A DNA stretch of 30,609 bases, taken from Spirochaetaceae bacterium (GTDB lineage Bacteria; Spirochaetota; Spirochaetia; CADAEX01). The notes beneath the pieces are model-generated. The model ran no database searches. It was not told the origin of the DNA and worked only from the letters and a program-made list of their open reading frames with translations. Made by a program: the position numbers and the translations under genes. The DNA is taken from positions 1 to 30,609 of the forward strand of contig WRFK01000001.1 in NCBI GenBank assembly GCA_009778835.1, given 5' to 3'. Numbering within the stretch: position 1 is the stretch's first letter; each line of letters starts with the position of its first letter. Below are positions 18,065 through 27,715 of this stretch, in pieces.

Positions 18065-18760
18065 CTATGAATCTAGTTTTTTGTCAATAGATGAGATAAA
18101 TGTTTTTAAATGATCACAAATAAACCAAAATATAGCGTCAAATTGATTTGGCGTAAAAGTTATTGTATCTCCATGCTTCATATTAGCCCAATGTGCGACT
18201 AAATGCTTTTTTTCTTTCTCATCAACTATTCCCTTAGAGTGAATGATAATATTACGAATATTAAATAGGTTATTTATATATGTTATTCCTTGCCAGTCAC
18301 AAATAACAGGGTGAATACCATAATGTTCGCATACACGATAAATTATTTTTGCCCCTGCTGTATTTAAACAATATTTTTGAGTACAGCGATCAACAGTTGC
18401 CTTTTCCTTTATCTTAGCCTTTTTTACACGTGAAATATCTAAAATTTCTTCAAGCAGATCATTAAATGCCGTAATTAATGCGATAAAGGTTTGCTTGCGA
18501 TAATTTTGGGAGAAAGAACCTGAATTAATTAAATCTTTTATATCAGATATACTCCTTATCGAGGTTAGAGATTCATGAAAATTATCACTTGCAGATATTT
18601 TTTGATCAAGATCAATTTTATTAAATTCTATATATTCATCAAGTAAACAACATGATAAATAAAATATTAATAATTCATTTGCTCTGTATAAAAATGTATC
18701 ATATATTTTTTTGAGTTTTGAATTTTTTATACAGACTTTCCATCGATTCATATTTTTCAT
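18065..18760 (-). CDS. Hypothetical protein with HEPN-type RNxxxH motif
   Basis: Helical-looking protein with FNDLLEE and IRNIIIHSKG. GAGGAT ribosome-binding site supports ATG 18760 over TTG 18775. Confidence 0.65.
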   Translation of the reverse strand: MKNMNRWKVCIKNSKLKKIYDTFLYRANELLIFYLSCCLLDEYIEFNKIDLDQKISASDNFHESLTSIRSISDIKDLINSGSFSQNYRKQTFIALITAFNDLLEEILDISRVKKAKIKEKATVDRCTQKYCLNTAGAKIIYRVCEHYGIHPVICDWQGITYINNLFNIRNIIIHSKGIVDEKEKKHLVAHWANMKHGDTITFTPNQFDAIFWFICDHLKTFISSIDKKLDS

Positions 18761-18801
18761 ATTTTTTATCCTCAAGAAACATAATATTTAGAAAAGATTT
18801 T

Positions 18802-18943
18802 GTCTAACGATAAATAGATATACGACCTTGGGTGTGCCCAATAGGGATGACCTAAGGTTGTGGAGTTTTTTGTATGGGAACGAGCGGAGCGACTGACCTA
18901 GCAAAAATGTAACCAAAGCTTCTAAGGACTGCGTATGTTATAC
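18802..18943 (-). repeat. attC-like junction between Abi_C and HEPN genes
   Basis: Minus strand begins GTATAAC and ends GTTAGAC (GTTRRRY); 142 bp with internal imperfect hairpins. Confidence 0.5.
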
Positions 18944-18973
18944 GAAGTGCTATCTATATATGTTTTGAAACAT

Positions 18974-19909
18974 TTAGAAATCATTTTTGCTGTTTAAATT
19001 CTTTTCACCAACAGAAAGAATAAAATCACCCATTGTTATAGCTGCATTAACATAAAGCCTCGCATGATATTCTAAAATATTAATTCTCTTGTTCCCAAGT
19101 CCATGAGAATCACTACCTTCATTTCTCATTTGTGCGATAGAGGATATTATTTTCTCTAAACCAGACAAAAGCATATTGATACGTTTATCAATATCCTTAT
19201 TTTGGTGCATATTATAAAGTGTTTTTACCTGATTATAAAGTTTTCCTATATCGCCACTATCAGATGGTTCTTCCCCCTTTTTTTCAATAACATAACAAAA
19301 TATTTCTTCTAAAAGTGTTCTAGATTTAGTTATTGCACTGTCAAAGTTTGATTCAAGTATGTCTCTCATTGCTCGCTCGGATAAACTCTTAATATAATCC
19401 CGATCAATTTTTTTTACAGTTGGGGTTTCAACAGTAATATTTGAACCAATTTTACGAATAATAAATTGAGCACCTGATGTAATAATCTCATTTCCCCCAA
19501 AATATAAAATACCGTTTATCTTTGTAATTACTGTTTCAATAATTTTCCTATGTGCCCTTTCGATTGTTATGGGCGACATACCTTTGAGTTTGTCAACAAA
19601 TTGTTCTTTTGAAAATAAATAACTTAGAAATTTTGTCATATTCTTATTGTCAATACAGTATTTCAATAGATCATCAAAATAAGCCCATCTACTTTGGGCT
19701 CCGCCATTCCACCCATAAGAAGCAGGCAGTCCAAATGTGTTTGAAATTTCACATATAGTGGGTCCGCTCAAGTATGGCATGGAAACAGTTATTGGAGCTC
19801 CGCCATCTTCATTTTTAATTTCACCGAAATTTGTATCACCATCAAGAATGGTTATGATTTGTTTGTTACGTAATAACTCAAATTGACTATCAAGTTTATT
19901 ATTAGCCAT
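18974..19909 (-). CDS. Abortive-infection Abi_C-domain protein
   Basis: C-terminal AITKSRTLLE...LSGLEKIISSIAQMRNEGSDSHG...ARLYVNAA pattern; N-terminal domain unassigned. Confidence 0.8.
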   Translation of the reverse strand: MANNKLDSQFELLRNKQIITILDGDTNFGEIKNEDGGAPITVSMPYLSGPTICEISNTFGLPASYGWNGGAQSRWAYFDDLLKYCIDNKNMTKFLSYLFSKEQFVDKLKGMSPITIERAHRKIIETVITKINGILYFGGNEIITSGAQFIIRKIGSNITVETPTVKKIDRDYIKSLSERAMRDILESNFDSAITKSRTLLEEIFCYVIEKKGEEPSDSGDIGKLYNQVKTLYNMHQNKDIDKRINMLLSGLEKIISSIAQMRNEGSDSHGLGNKRINILEYHARLYVNAAITMGDFILSVGEKNLNSKNDF

Positions 19910-19969
19910 TTACCCTTCCATGCTTTACAAGCTACCCTATATAAGGCATATTTTACAATATATTAATAA

Positions 19970-20010
19970 GGCTAACTAATGGTGCTAATCGCGTGTTATC
20001 CGAAGTCACA
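19970..20010 (-). repeat. Shortened attC-like remnant at the FRG stop
   Basis: Minus strand TGTGACTTCGGATAAC contains the FRG TAA; GTTAGCC follows 18 nt later. Confidence 0.35.
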
Positions 20011-20961
20011 CATTTTAAGATTATTTTCCATAGATAAACAAACACCTTGAAAACCTGGAAATAAATATTCTTCTGAATATTTATCACGCTTTAATTGCTT
20101 CAAAATATCTAATTTTAAGTCTTTTGGAATAATATATTTATATAGCAACTTATTATTTTGAAAATATTCCTCACTTTCTTTAATATTATTATCAATAAAA
20201 TCACATATTAATTTATCCAATGGGCTTCTATTAATAACTTCTTGATTTAGTGCTGGGTGTAAATTAGGTAAATCAGCTAATCCTCTTTTTGTTATTTTCC
20301 ATGTCGAAAATAATCCCTTTTGAGCGCCTAGATATTTATTTCCATGATATGAAGGTCTATAAAATTGTAATGGGGATTTATTATATGCTGGCTTAAGAAA
20401 ATTAAAATATTGATGATTTATAGCCCAAACTACACAATCCTTTTTTACTTCATCAATATTGTAAATACCAGATGTGGCAAAAGATAAAGCAATTTTATAG
20501 TCATATGTCCAATCTAATAACCTTGTTGGAAGTCCATAATGCTGAGCAAGTCCTGCAATTTCCATAAAATCTTTTGGCAACCATTCTTCCGTGTTTAAAT
20601 ATGTTGATAATTCAAAATTGTCATCAATATTATTTCTAAATCTATCAACTCGCGGTAATTCTAACCCTGATCTGTCTGCAATATTATAAAAGTTTTTTAA
20701 AATATTATATTCTGCGATAATTTGCCAATTTTCCCATTCAGATTGATTTTCAACAATAGGTTTACCACCACTCAATGACCATAAATATTCTTTATTGCCA
20801 ATTCTTAATGAAGAAGGTATTAATGAGTAATTAATATCTTTTTGCCCACGAAAAACATAAGATTCATTTAAATTTGAATATTTTCCATAAAGTGCATTTA
20901 GATTAATAGCTTCTTCGGCAGATGAAATTTCATATGTTTCTAAATATATTTTATTTTCCAT
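19996..20961 (-). CDS. FRG-domain protein
   Basis: YVFRGQ...YSLIPSSLR, LAQHYGLPTRLLDWT, YLGAQKGLF, LFPGFQG. Confidence 0.92.
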   Translation of the reverse strand: MENKIYLETYEISSAEEAINLNALYGKYSNLNESYVFRGQKDINYSLIPSSLRIGNKEYLWSLSGGKPIVENQSEWENWQIIAEYNILKNFYNIADRSGLELPRVDRFRNNIDDNFELSTYLNTEEWLPKDFMEIAGLAQHYGLPTRLLDWTYDYKIALSFATSGIYNIDEVKKDCVVWAINHQYFNFLKPAYNKSPLQFYRPSYHGNKYLGAQKGLFSTWKITKRGLADLPNLHPALNQEVINRSPLDKLICDFIDNNIKESEEYFQNNKLLYKYIIPKDLKLDILKQLKRDKYSEEYLFPGFQGVCLSMENNLKMCDFG

Positions 20962-21007
20962 AAATAATTTTAAAACATTTGAAATATGTATTTAATCTGT
21001 ATTTTGT

Positions 21008-21111
21008 GCGATTTCGTATAACATATTATATACCTTTTGTATTTGCTATAAGGCGAAATACATATTATCACCAAAGTAAGGATATAATTCGAAGAAAGTA
21101 GCATGTTATAG
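21008..21111 (-). repeat. attC-like junction between res and FRG genes
   Basis: Minus strand CTATAAC...GTTATACGAAATCGC enclosing hairpin TGTATTTCGC/GCAAATACA and the ATTATATCC/GGTATATAAT pair. Confidence 0.4.
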
Positions 21112-21170
21112 TTTTTATAGGTCGAATTTCTAGTTTCAAAGAAGTAAAGATTGGAAGATTCTTTGTATTA

Positions 21171-23909
21171 TTATTCACTATATTTTGTATCGCCTGAATC
21201 GGCAGCAATTCCCATGCCATAACCATCAGGAATAATAGGATACTGAACAATATTATCAAAGTTAGGATCAACTATATTTGGGTTGTCTGCATTACTACCT
21301 GCAATCATTCGGTAAATCATATTACTGCCTGTTGCAAGAGCTTTAGCCGCTTCTTTTTTTGCCTGTACAACTTTATCTTCGAGTTTATTATCACCCTTAA
21401 TCTCAATAATTTGGAAACTGCCATTCTTCATTTCAACTAAAAAATCAGGGTAGTAGTTCCGATAACGGTATGATTCAGGGTCTGTATATCCAATGGCAAA
21501 ATCGGTTTTACTTTTATCGGTAAACATGCCAGTAAAATAGATATTTTTTACTTCTTTATTTAAAAGGAACTGAATAAAACATTCCAATTCAGGTTTTGAA
21601 TCAAAACAATAGTGAGATGCGTGGAAACTCTTGTTTTTATAATCGATAAATCTCTTTTCCTCAAAATGAGCAACCAACCCAGGGTCGGTGTAAAACTCAT
21701 AAAAGTCTAATACCCCTTCAGGCTTTTTCAATAAAACAATTTCTCTTTCAATCTCTGATGATTCAATATTAATATTATAAATAGCAGTAAATATCTTTGG
21801 AATAATTTCATCATATAGTATTTCATTATAGTCATTCACTCTATTAAGTATTTTACTAATACCGCTAATAGATTTCTCCAGGATTGCCTCAATCTTGAAC
21901 GCCCCAGTATCAGGAAAAAACCGTGCAATTTCAAAAACCAGTGTATACTCGCTAAATCTTACTTTTTCTGCAATATCGGTCACAACTGCCTTTTTATCCT
22001 GAACCGTCATTGAAAGATTTGTTTTTTCTGTGACCGTCTGCTGGTATTTGGTAACATCAATACTGTCAATATAAAAGTCAATCGGTTCTATAACATCATT
22101 CTTTCTAATATTATACTTAACCAATTTTTCCTTTATCGTGATTTTTCGCGGAGGGGGTAACATTCTTACTTTTATTGATTCATTTTTATTCTTATTATTA
22201 TTGGAAAGGTCTTTAATACTCATATTAAAGTTCTTATTCAATTCAGCGTCTAATATATCATAATTTGCTTTGGATAAATAAACTGTTGCTGTTTCCTGTT
22301 TTGGAGCTTCGTTGTCTGCTCTTATCTGTCGCATACAACGCATGGTGCTCTGTAAAACAAAAACTTTGGAAAAAGAATCACGGTACAATGCAACACCAAA
22401 CAAAGAACGACAGTTCCAGCCTTCTTTCCCTTTACCGCACAAAAGAATAAACTGCTTTTTTGAGCCTTCAGTACCAACAACATCTAAATTGTTAAAATGC
22501 CTAATTTCGTCATTACCAGTAAGGTCAGGATTACCATCACCCACATTTACAAGTATTGTAGAAATATCTATGCCTTTTTCTGCTAAAAGTTTTTCAAGAG
22601 TAGGTTTTACTTCTTTTCGTATCTCATCAACAGTAGAAGTAAATATTGCGATTTTCGGCAGCAACCCTTCAAAAGTTCTTTTTTTATAAATATCAAGAAA
22701 ACCAGGAACTTTATTACCTTCTGTATCAGTATAGCCATTCACTACGGCTCTTAAAAACTCGATATCTTTTACATTTCCAAAACCTTTAATATCGACTTCT
22801 TTTAAGTATTCAGCTCTTATTGCCTGTTTAAGACCGCAGGCGTAGACAACCTCCGGTAGTACCTGCCGTTCTACATAAGGCGTACCAGTAAAATTATAAC
22901 AAGCGACAACTTGCGTATTGTATTTCTTTAACTCCTCTGCAAGAAGATTTATAGTCGTTCTAAAACTTGTAACTTTACCGCCTAATAAATCATCTTTAAG
23001 TTTTGAACCAAACAAATGATGCGCCTCGTCAACATACACTCCAAGTTGTGGCAACCGGCATAATTTTTGAAACCTCTCATTCGGTGGCAGTAAAGTTTCA
23101 TCACTGTTTAAATCTTCATCATCTAAAATTGAAGATAGCAAACTACTAGCATACATTTTATCAACAGGCGATTTTTCTTTATGTGATTTCTTCACTATAA
23201 TTTTCTGATTATTGGTGATAATGATATTCATTATTGACTTGTCAATCGTATTAAGTGTAGTGCTTGTATCTTCCAGGAAATGAATTTTAATATTAGCATC
23301 TAAAATAAAAGCATATTCTGACGGTACAACTAAAGTTTTATCAAAATCTATAATTTCACTTGCCAATGTTTGTAAAACAGTTTTATCTGGTGCAAAAATC
23401 AAAGCATTATGACAATACGTTTTTTCTTTCGGATATTTATTCGCCAATAAAAACTCATAAAAAATACACGTTGCTATCAAACGGCTTTTACCTAGTCCCA
23501 TTGTCAAAGCGTAAATATAATTTGGATAATCTGTCCTGAATTGTTCCAGTTGCTTGAACAATACTTCTGTTTGTTCTTTTGTCTGTTGGTCAAACAGCCC
23601 CAAGCGTTCATTCGCATAATAAGACCGTTCGGAAAAATCCCCTTCTTTTTTTACCCACTGCTCAAATATTTCAATTACCTGCTTATTTTCAAAAAACTCT
23701 TTTATTAACACATACATTTCAAGTGCTTCGAATTGAGGCGGTCTAAGATAAGCTTCCGGTCTTTCTTTTCTGTCATTATAGGCAAGGAACGTTTTTGTCA
23801 ATGGTTTGTACCGTGAACGTATTTTTCCTCGTGCGTCCTCGTAGAATCCCCACAACTGTTCATAAAAGGCAAACTGTTCGTTATAGCTATCAATTTTCTT
23901 TTTTGCCAT
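21171..23909 (-). CDS. res: Type III restriction endonuclease subunit (SF2 helicase plus nuclease)
   Basis: LTMGLGKS, VDEAHH, NFTGTP, GKEGWN, LQSTMRCMR; C-terminal YYPDFLV...IEIKG. Starts 2 nt after the mod stop. Confidence 0.88.
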   Translation of the reverse strand: MAKKKIDSYNEQFAFYEQLWGFYEDARGKIRSRYKPLTKTFLAYNDRKERPEAYLRPPQFEALEMYVLIKEFFENKQVIEIFEQWVKKEGDFSERSYYANERLGLFDQQTKEQTEVLFKQLEQFRTDYPNYIYALTMGLGKSRLIATCIFYEFLLANKYPKEKTYCHNALIFAPDKTVLQTLASEIIDFDKTLVVPSEYAFILDANIKIHFLEDTSTTLNTIDKSIMNIIITNNQKIIVKKSHKEKSPVDKMYASSLLSSILDDEDLNSDETLLPPNERFQKLCRLPQLGVYVDEAHHLFGSKLKDDLLGGKVTSFRTTINLLAEELKKYNTQVVACYNFTGTPYVERQVLPEVVYACGLKQAIRAEYLKEVDIKGFGNVKDIEFLRAVVNGYTDTEGNKVPGFLDIYKKRTFEGLLPKIAIFTSTVDEIRKEVKPTLEKLLAEKGIDISTILVNVGDGNPDLTGNDEIRHFNNLDVVGTEGSKKQFILLCGKGKEGWNCRSLFGVALYRDSFSKVFVLQSTMRCMRQIRADNEAPKQETATVYLSKANYDILDAELNKNFNMSIKDLSNNNKNKNESIKVRMLPPPRKITIKEKLVKYNIRKNDVIEPIDFYIDSIDVTKYQQTVTEKTNLSMTVQDKKAVVTDIAEKVRFSEYTLVFEIARFFPDTGAFKIEAILEKSISGISKILNRVNDYNEILYDEIIPKIFTAIYNINIESSEIEREIVLLKKPEGVLDFYEFYTDPGLVAHFEEKRFIDYKNKSFHASHYCFDSKPELECFIQFLLNKEVKNIYFTGMFTDKSKTDFAIGYTDPESYRYRNYYPDFLVEMKNGSFQIIEIKGDNKLEDKVVQAKKEAAKALATGSNMIYRMIAGSNADNPNIVDPNFDNIVQYPIIPDGYGMGIAADSGDTKYSE

Positions 23910-23911
23910 AA

Positions 23912-25804
23912 TTATTCCAGCACTGTTTCAAACGATTCAGAAATAAGATCGGTTATTTTTACTTTTATCCTTCCGGCATCTTTAGGGATATCATATTCCC
24001 CTTTTACGAGGCCATTTTTTTCCGGAATGTCGATTACTGATGGCTGCATTTCTACTTCATCAAAATTAAAATCAATCATGACAGAGTCAACAAGCTCTTT
24101 CCAGTCAGAAACAGTAGTTCTTTCAAGGCTTAACTTTTGCATAAGATTTAAAGGATAAAACTTTCTGATAATCAGTTTGCTTCCCTTGCGTTGGATATCT
24201 GCCTCTGCCTCCCGTTTCAATTCAAGTACATCCTTATTCCTTAAAATATCTTCAATTTCTACATCAATCTTGTAATTGGCAAGTTGCTTTTCCATCTCTG
24301 CTTTTAAATCAGGTTCATGTCCCATACAAACAAGCGTTATCTGTAAAACCGCTTCATGGGGATTTTTGTCTTTTTTTTCTTCAAATTCTTTATAAGGTAA
24401 ATTCGTTATCAAAGCGGAAATATCAACCTTACTTGCGATACGGTTTATGGGCAATATTTTTATCATTCGTCCGTCTCTACTGCCGTCATAATAGGAATTT
24501 GTTTCAAATTTTTGAATACCAAGAGCTTCTATGAGCAAATCCTTTGCCTGTACAGGATTATTAAAGAAGTCGTAATTATTAACATTGTAGATTCTGAAAC
24601 TTGTGTACCTTTTTTCATCTATTGGCAAATCTGCATCTATTTCTTTTTTTATTTTTGTTAAACGCTTCATGGTAGTTTGAATAGCTCCAAGATTTATATC
24701 AGCGCCAATGAAACGCCTTCCAAGTCTCATTGCGACAGCCTGGGTGGTTCCGGAACCCATGAAACAATCGAAGATAAGATCACCGGGGTTGGAAGATGCT
24801 TTAATGATACGTTCAAGGAGCGCTTCTGGTTTTTGTGTGGGATAATTCTCATTTTCGTTTGAAACACCTTGTACTGGCACAATATCGGTCCAAATATCTT
24901 GTAACGGAATACCTTTTGATTCATCTAAGTACATTTTTTTTCTCGGTACCATTCCTGGCTTAGATTGGAATATTTTACCTTGTTCGAGTAACTCGTTCAT
25001 ATTCTTTTGTGAATACTGCCAAAACCTGGTTACTCCTAAAAACGCATACCTTGGGTTCCCTTTTATTTCTCCGCCTGGTGCTGTAAGTGAAACAGACTGC
25101 CATCTGCGACCGTCTGAATCTTTATATGAAAATGTCTTATCTATATAACTTTGTTCATAAGGTGTATAAATTTCATTTATTTTTGCAGCATCACTCTTTT
25201 GGTATAGTAAAATGAAATCTGTTATCCTTCCTAAATGTTTTGCGCCTTGTCCTATATCACCATGGGCGAAAGTTCTTTTTCGCGAAATATGATTTATAAA
25301 ATTATTATTCCCAAAAACTTCGTCCAATAGTATTTTTATATAATGTCCACGTGTTGGATCACACTGAACCCAAAGTAACCCCTTATTTGACAGAAGCTCT
25401 CGTATAACAATCAGCCTTTCAAACATGAATTGCAAATACTCATCATTTGACCAAATATCGCCGTACTGCTTGTCTTCAAAAGTGGTAAAATCACTTGTTG
25501 TTGATTTTCCTCGAAGTTCAATTTGCTTTTTATAATCCGCTTTTGAATCAAAAGGTGGGTCAATGTAGATAAGGTCAATCTTACCCCTGAACTCTTTTAG
25601 CAGGTGGCTCATAACCTGTAGATTATCGCCCCAATACAAGCGGTTAATCCAACCATCCTGTTCCTCGCCGATACACTCCCTGCTCTGGGCAGGGAAGTAT
25701 TGTGTTGAAGTATAGGGCTGTTTGCCTTTCCAGTTTAGGTGAGGATAGCCTTTTATGGGCTCGAATTGAAATTCTTGCTGATCGCTGGACATGAGAAACT
25801 CCAT
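23912..25804 (-). CDS. mod: Type III R-M adenine methyltransferase (beta class)
   Basis: WGDNL, IYIDPPF (motif IV) before TQKPEALLERII and DCFMGSGTT (motif I). Confidence 0.92.
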   Translation of the reverse strand: MEFLMSSDQQEFQFEPIKGYPHLNWKGKQPYTSTQYFPAQSRECIGEEQDGWINRLYWGDNLQVMSHLLKEFRGKIDLIYIDPPFDSKADYKKQIELRGKSTTSDFTTFEDKQYGDIWSNDEYLQFMFERLIVIRELLSNKGLLWVQCDPTRGHYIKILLDEVFGNNNFINHISRKRTFAHGDIGQGAKHLGRITDFILLYQKSDAAKINEIYTPYEQSYIDKTFSYKDSDGRRWQSVSLTAPGGEIKGNPRYAFLGVTRFWQYSQKNMNELLEQGKIFQSKPGMVPRKKMYLDESKGIPLQDIWTDIVPVQGVSNENENYPTQKPEALLERIIKASSNPGDLIFDCFMGSGTTQAVAMRLGRRFIGADINLGAIQTTMKRLTKIKKEIDADLPIDEKRYTSFRIYNVNNYDFFNNPVQAKDLLIEALGIQKFETNSYYDGSRDGRMIKILPINRIASKVDISALITNLPYKEFEEKKDKNPHEAVLQITLVCMGHEPDLKAEMEKQLANYKIDVEIEDILRNKDVLELKREAEADIQRKGSKLIIRKFYPLNLMQKLSLERTTVSDWKELVDSVMIDFNFDEVEMQPSVIDIPEKNGLVKGEYDIPKDAGRIKVKITDLISESFETVLE

Positions 25805-25812
25805 ATTTTGAA

Positions 25813-25829
25813 GTAATATAATATATTAC
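25813..25829. promoter_or_regulatory. Palindromic candidate operator between divergent mod and XRE genes
   Basis: GTAATATA-A-TATATTAC, 9 nt upstream of the mod ATG; AT-rich, so chance is possible. Confidence 0.4.
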
Positions 25830-25894
25830 CATGTAATACTATACATTATAGCATATTCCTTAAAGCAAGCAATAATATATGTTCAATTAGATAT

Positions 25895-26218
25895 ATGAAA
25901 AATGGGCAGGAATTACAGAAGGTTTTAGGCACAAATATAAAAATTAAACGGAAAAGAATGTGCTTAAGTCAGGAAAAATTGGGTGAAATAGTAGATGTCT
26001 CTAGAAATTGCATCAGTGATCTTGAAGCAGGGAATAACTTTATCGGATCGGAAGTATTAGCACGGTTGGCGAATGCTTTGGAGACAGAAGTTTATGAACT
26101 TTTTAAGACTGATGATGTATTACCGGATAAGGCTACAGATGTTTTACTAAAATACTGCGAAGAGATAAAAAAAATCGCTGAAAAGACAAAGAAAGATTAT
26201 CTTCGAAAAATGAAATAG
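25895..26218 (+). CDS. XRE-family HTH transcriptional regulator
   Basis: LGTNIKIKR...SQEKLGE...SRNCISDLEAG, LANALETEVYELF. Confidence 0.88.
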   Translation: MKNGQELQKVLGTNIKIKRKRMCLSQEKLGEIVDVSRNCISDLEAGNNFIGSEVLARLANALETEVYELFKTDDVLPDKATDVLLKYCEEIKKIAEKTKKDYLRKMK

Positions 26219-26237
26219 AGTATAAATATTTAATAGT

Positions 26238-26313
26238 GCCTATTGTTTGCAGTAAAACCTAAAATCGCAGTTTTCGCATACCCTGTTTGATGAACTTTTA
26301 TGTTCAAAGTTTC
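26238..26313 (-). pseudogene. Detached 3' end of a helicase-nuclease gene
   Basis: Encodes NFEHKSSSNRVCENCDFRFYCKQ-stop; 26247-26313 matches 29518-29584 at 56/67 nt by manual alignment. Confidence 0.85.
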
Positions 26314-26583
26314 TGTTGGCAGCGAGAAAGGAGTTATTAGTTGGTTGATAGAAATCCACTAATTGTGGAATAGGATGAACAGGTTGTGGACAGTTTAGAA
26401 AACATAATTGTAAATGATTTAGTTATTTGATACTATTTTCACTGAGTTTTATTGAAAATTCCTTGGTGGCAAGAAGCAATGTAAATGAATTGCAAGGCTG
26501 ATTTATTACATGTTTGACAAGGAATCAATGATAAAGAAATATGACAACTAGTTATTTATTAAAATTTTAAGGGATAGTTTGCC

Positions 26584-27684
26584 ATGAATAGAATTATTTT
26601 AATAGGTAATGGTTTTGACCTTGCTCATGGTTTAGGTACTAAATATACAAATTTTATTGATGATTTTTGGATGACAAAATTAAATACTTTTATTGATTCA
26701 TTAAAAAATAACAGTTTAACAAGAGTACCGGATTATGATACTCCAAATTATGATACTTTTATCTATACTGATAATGATATTTCTATTTATGTTAAGGATT
26801 ATCAGCATATTTTTCAAAGTGCAGAAATAGTTGAAGCAGAAACTGGTTTTCAAACATTCTGTAATTTTATTTCACACTTTAGACCTAATGCACATCAGCG
26901 CAATTGCAAATTTAACAATCTATTCTTAGGTCAAATTTCTGGAAAATACCAATTGGAAAAATGGGTAGACATTGAAGAAGAATACTATTCTGCCCTACTT
27001 AATTGTTTGGAAAATAAAAAGAACATAACAAAGCTTAATAAAGACTTCAAGCGAATTCAAATTCTATTGCAAATATATTTATCCAAACAAATTGAAAAGA
27101 AGATTTCGCTTAATAAAAACATAGAGAAAAACATGTATTTACCATTATTACAAGCTGATTTTATTGAGGACATTAATGAAAATAAGTTAGATAAAGTTTT
27201 CTTCCTAAATTTTAATTATACATCAACTATTAAGCTATACTCTGATTGCCGTAAAGATGTTAAAACAATCAATATACACGGGCAAATTAATAACCCCAGC
27301 AATCCAATTGTCTTTGGATATGGTGATGAAATGGATGATAACTACAAAAGAATTGAAAAAGAAAATAATGATTTTCTTCAACATGTAAAATCATTTATGT
27401 ATTCAAGGACAAATAATTATAAGGAATTACTCGCATTCATTAATTCTGATGTGTATCAAGTTTATACTATGGGTCTTTCATGCAGTACATCTGATAGGAC
27501 GTTATTGAGCACTCTTTTTGAACACGAACATTGCAAATCAATTAAAATATTTTATTATAACAGAACCAGTAGTGAAAATGATTATCTTGATATTTATATG
27601 AATATATCACGAAGTTTTAAAAATAAAGAAAAAATGAGAAAACTTGTTGTTAGTTTTGAAAACAGTATCCCCTTAACAGATTAG
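26584..27684 (+). CDS. AbiH-family abortive infection protein
   Basis: IILIGNGFDLAHGL.TKY..F, FLNFNYT, IHG, FGYGDE, MGLSCSTSD. Confidence 0.88.
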   Translation: MNRIILIGNGFDLAHGLGTKYTNFIDDFWMTKLNTFIDSLKNNSLTRVPDYDTPNYDTFIYTDNDISIYVKDYQHIFQSAEIVEAETGFQTFCNFISHFRPNAHQRNCKFNNLFLGQISGKYQLEKWVDIEEEYYSALLNCLENKKNITKLNKDFKRIQILLQIYLSKQIEKKISLNKNIEKNMYLPLLQADFIEDINENKLDKVFFLNFNYTSTIKLYSDCRKDVKTINIHGQINNPSNPIVFGYGDEMDDNYKRIEKENNDFLQHVKSFMYSRTNNYKELLAFINSDVYQVYTMGLSCSTSDRTLLSTLFEHEHCKSIKIFYYNRTSSENDYLDIYMNISRSFKNKEKMRKLVVSFENSIPLTD

Positions 27685-27715
27685 TTATTAAAAATATTGC
27701 ATAGACTTTGTTTTT

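Noticed and set aside
18933-18948. A true loxP site or engineered construct
   Set aside because: The second 13-bp arm is absent and there is no vector sequence; kept only as a motif resemblance.
21068-21271. 67-aa minus-strand ORF
   Set aside because: It overlaps the res 3' end and the junction hairpin; no coding support.
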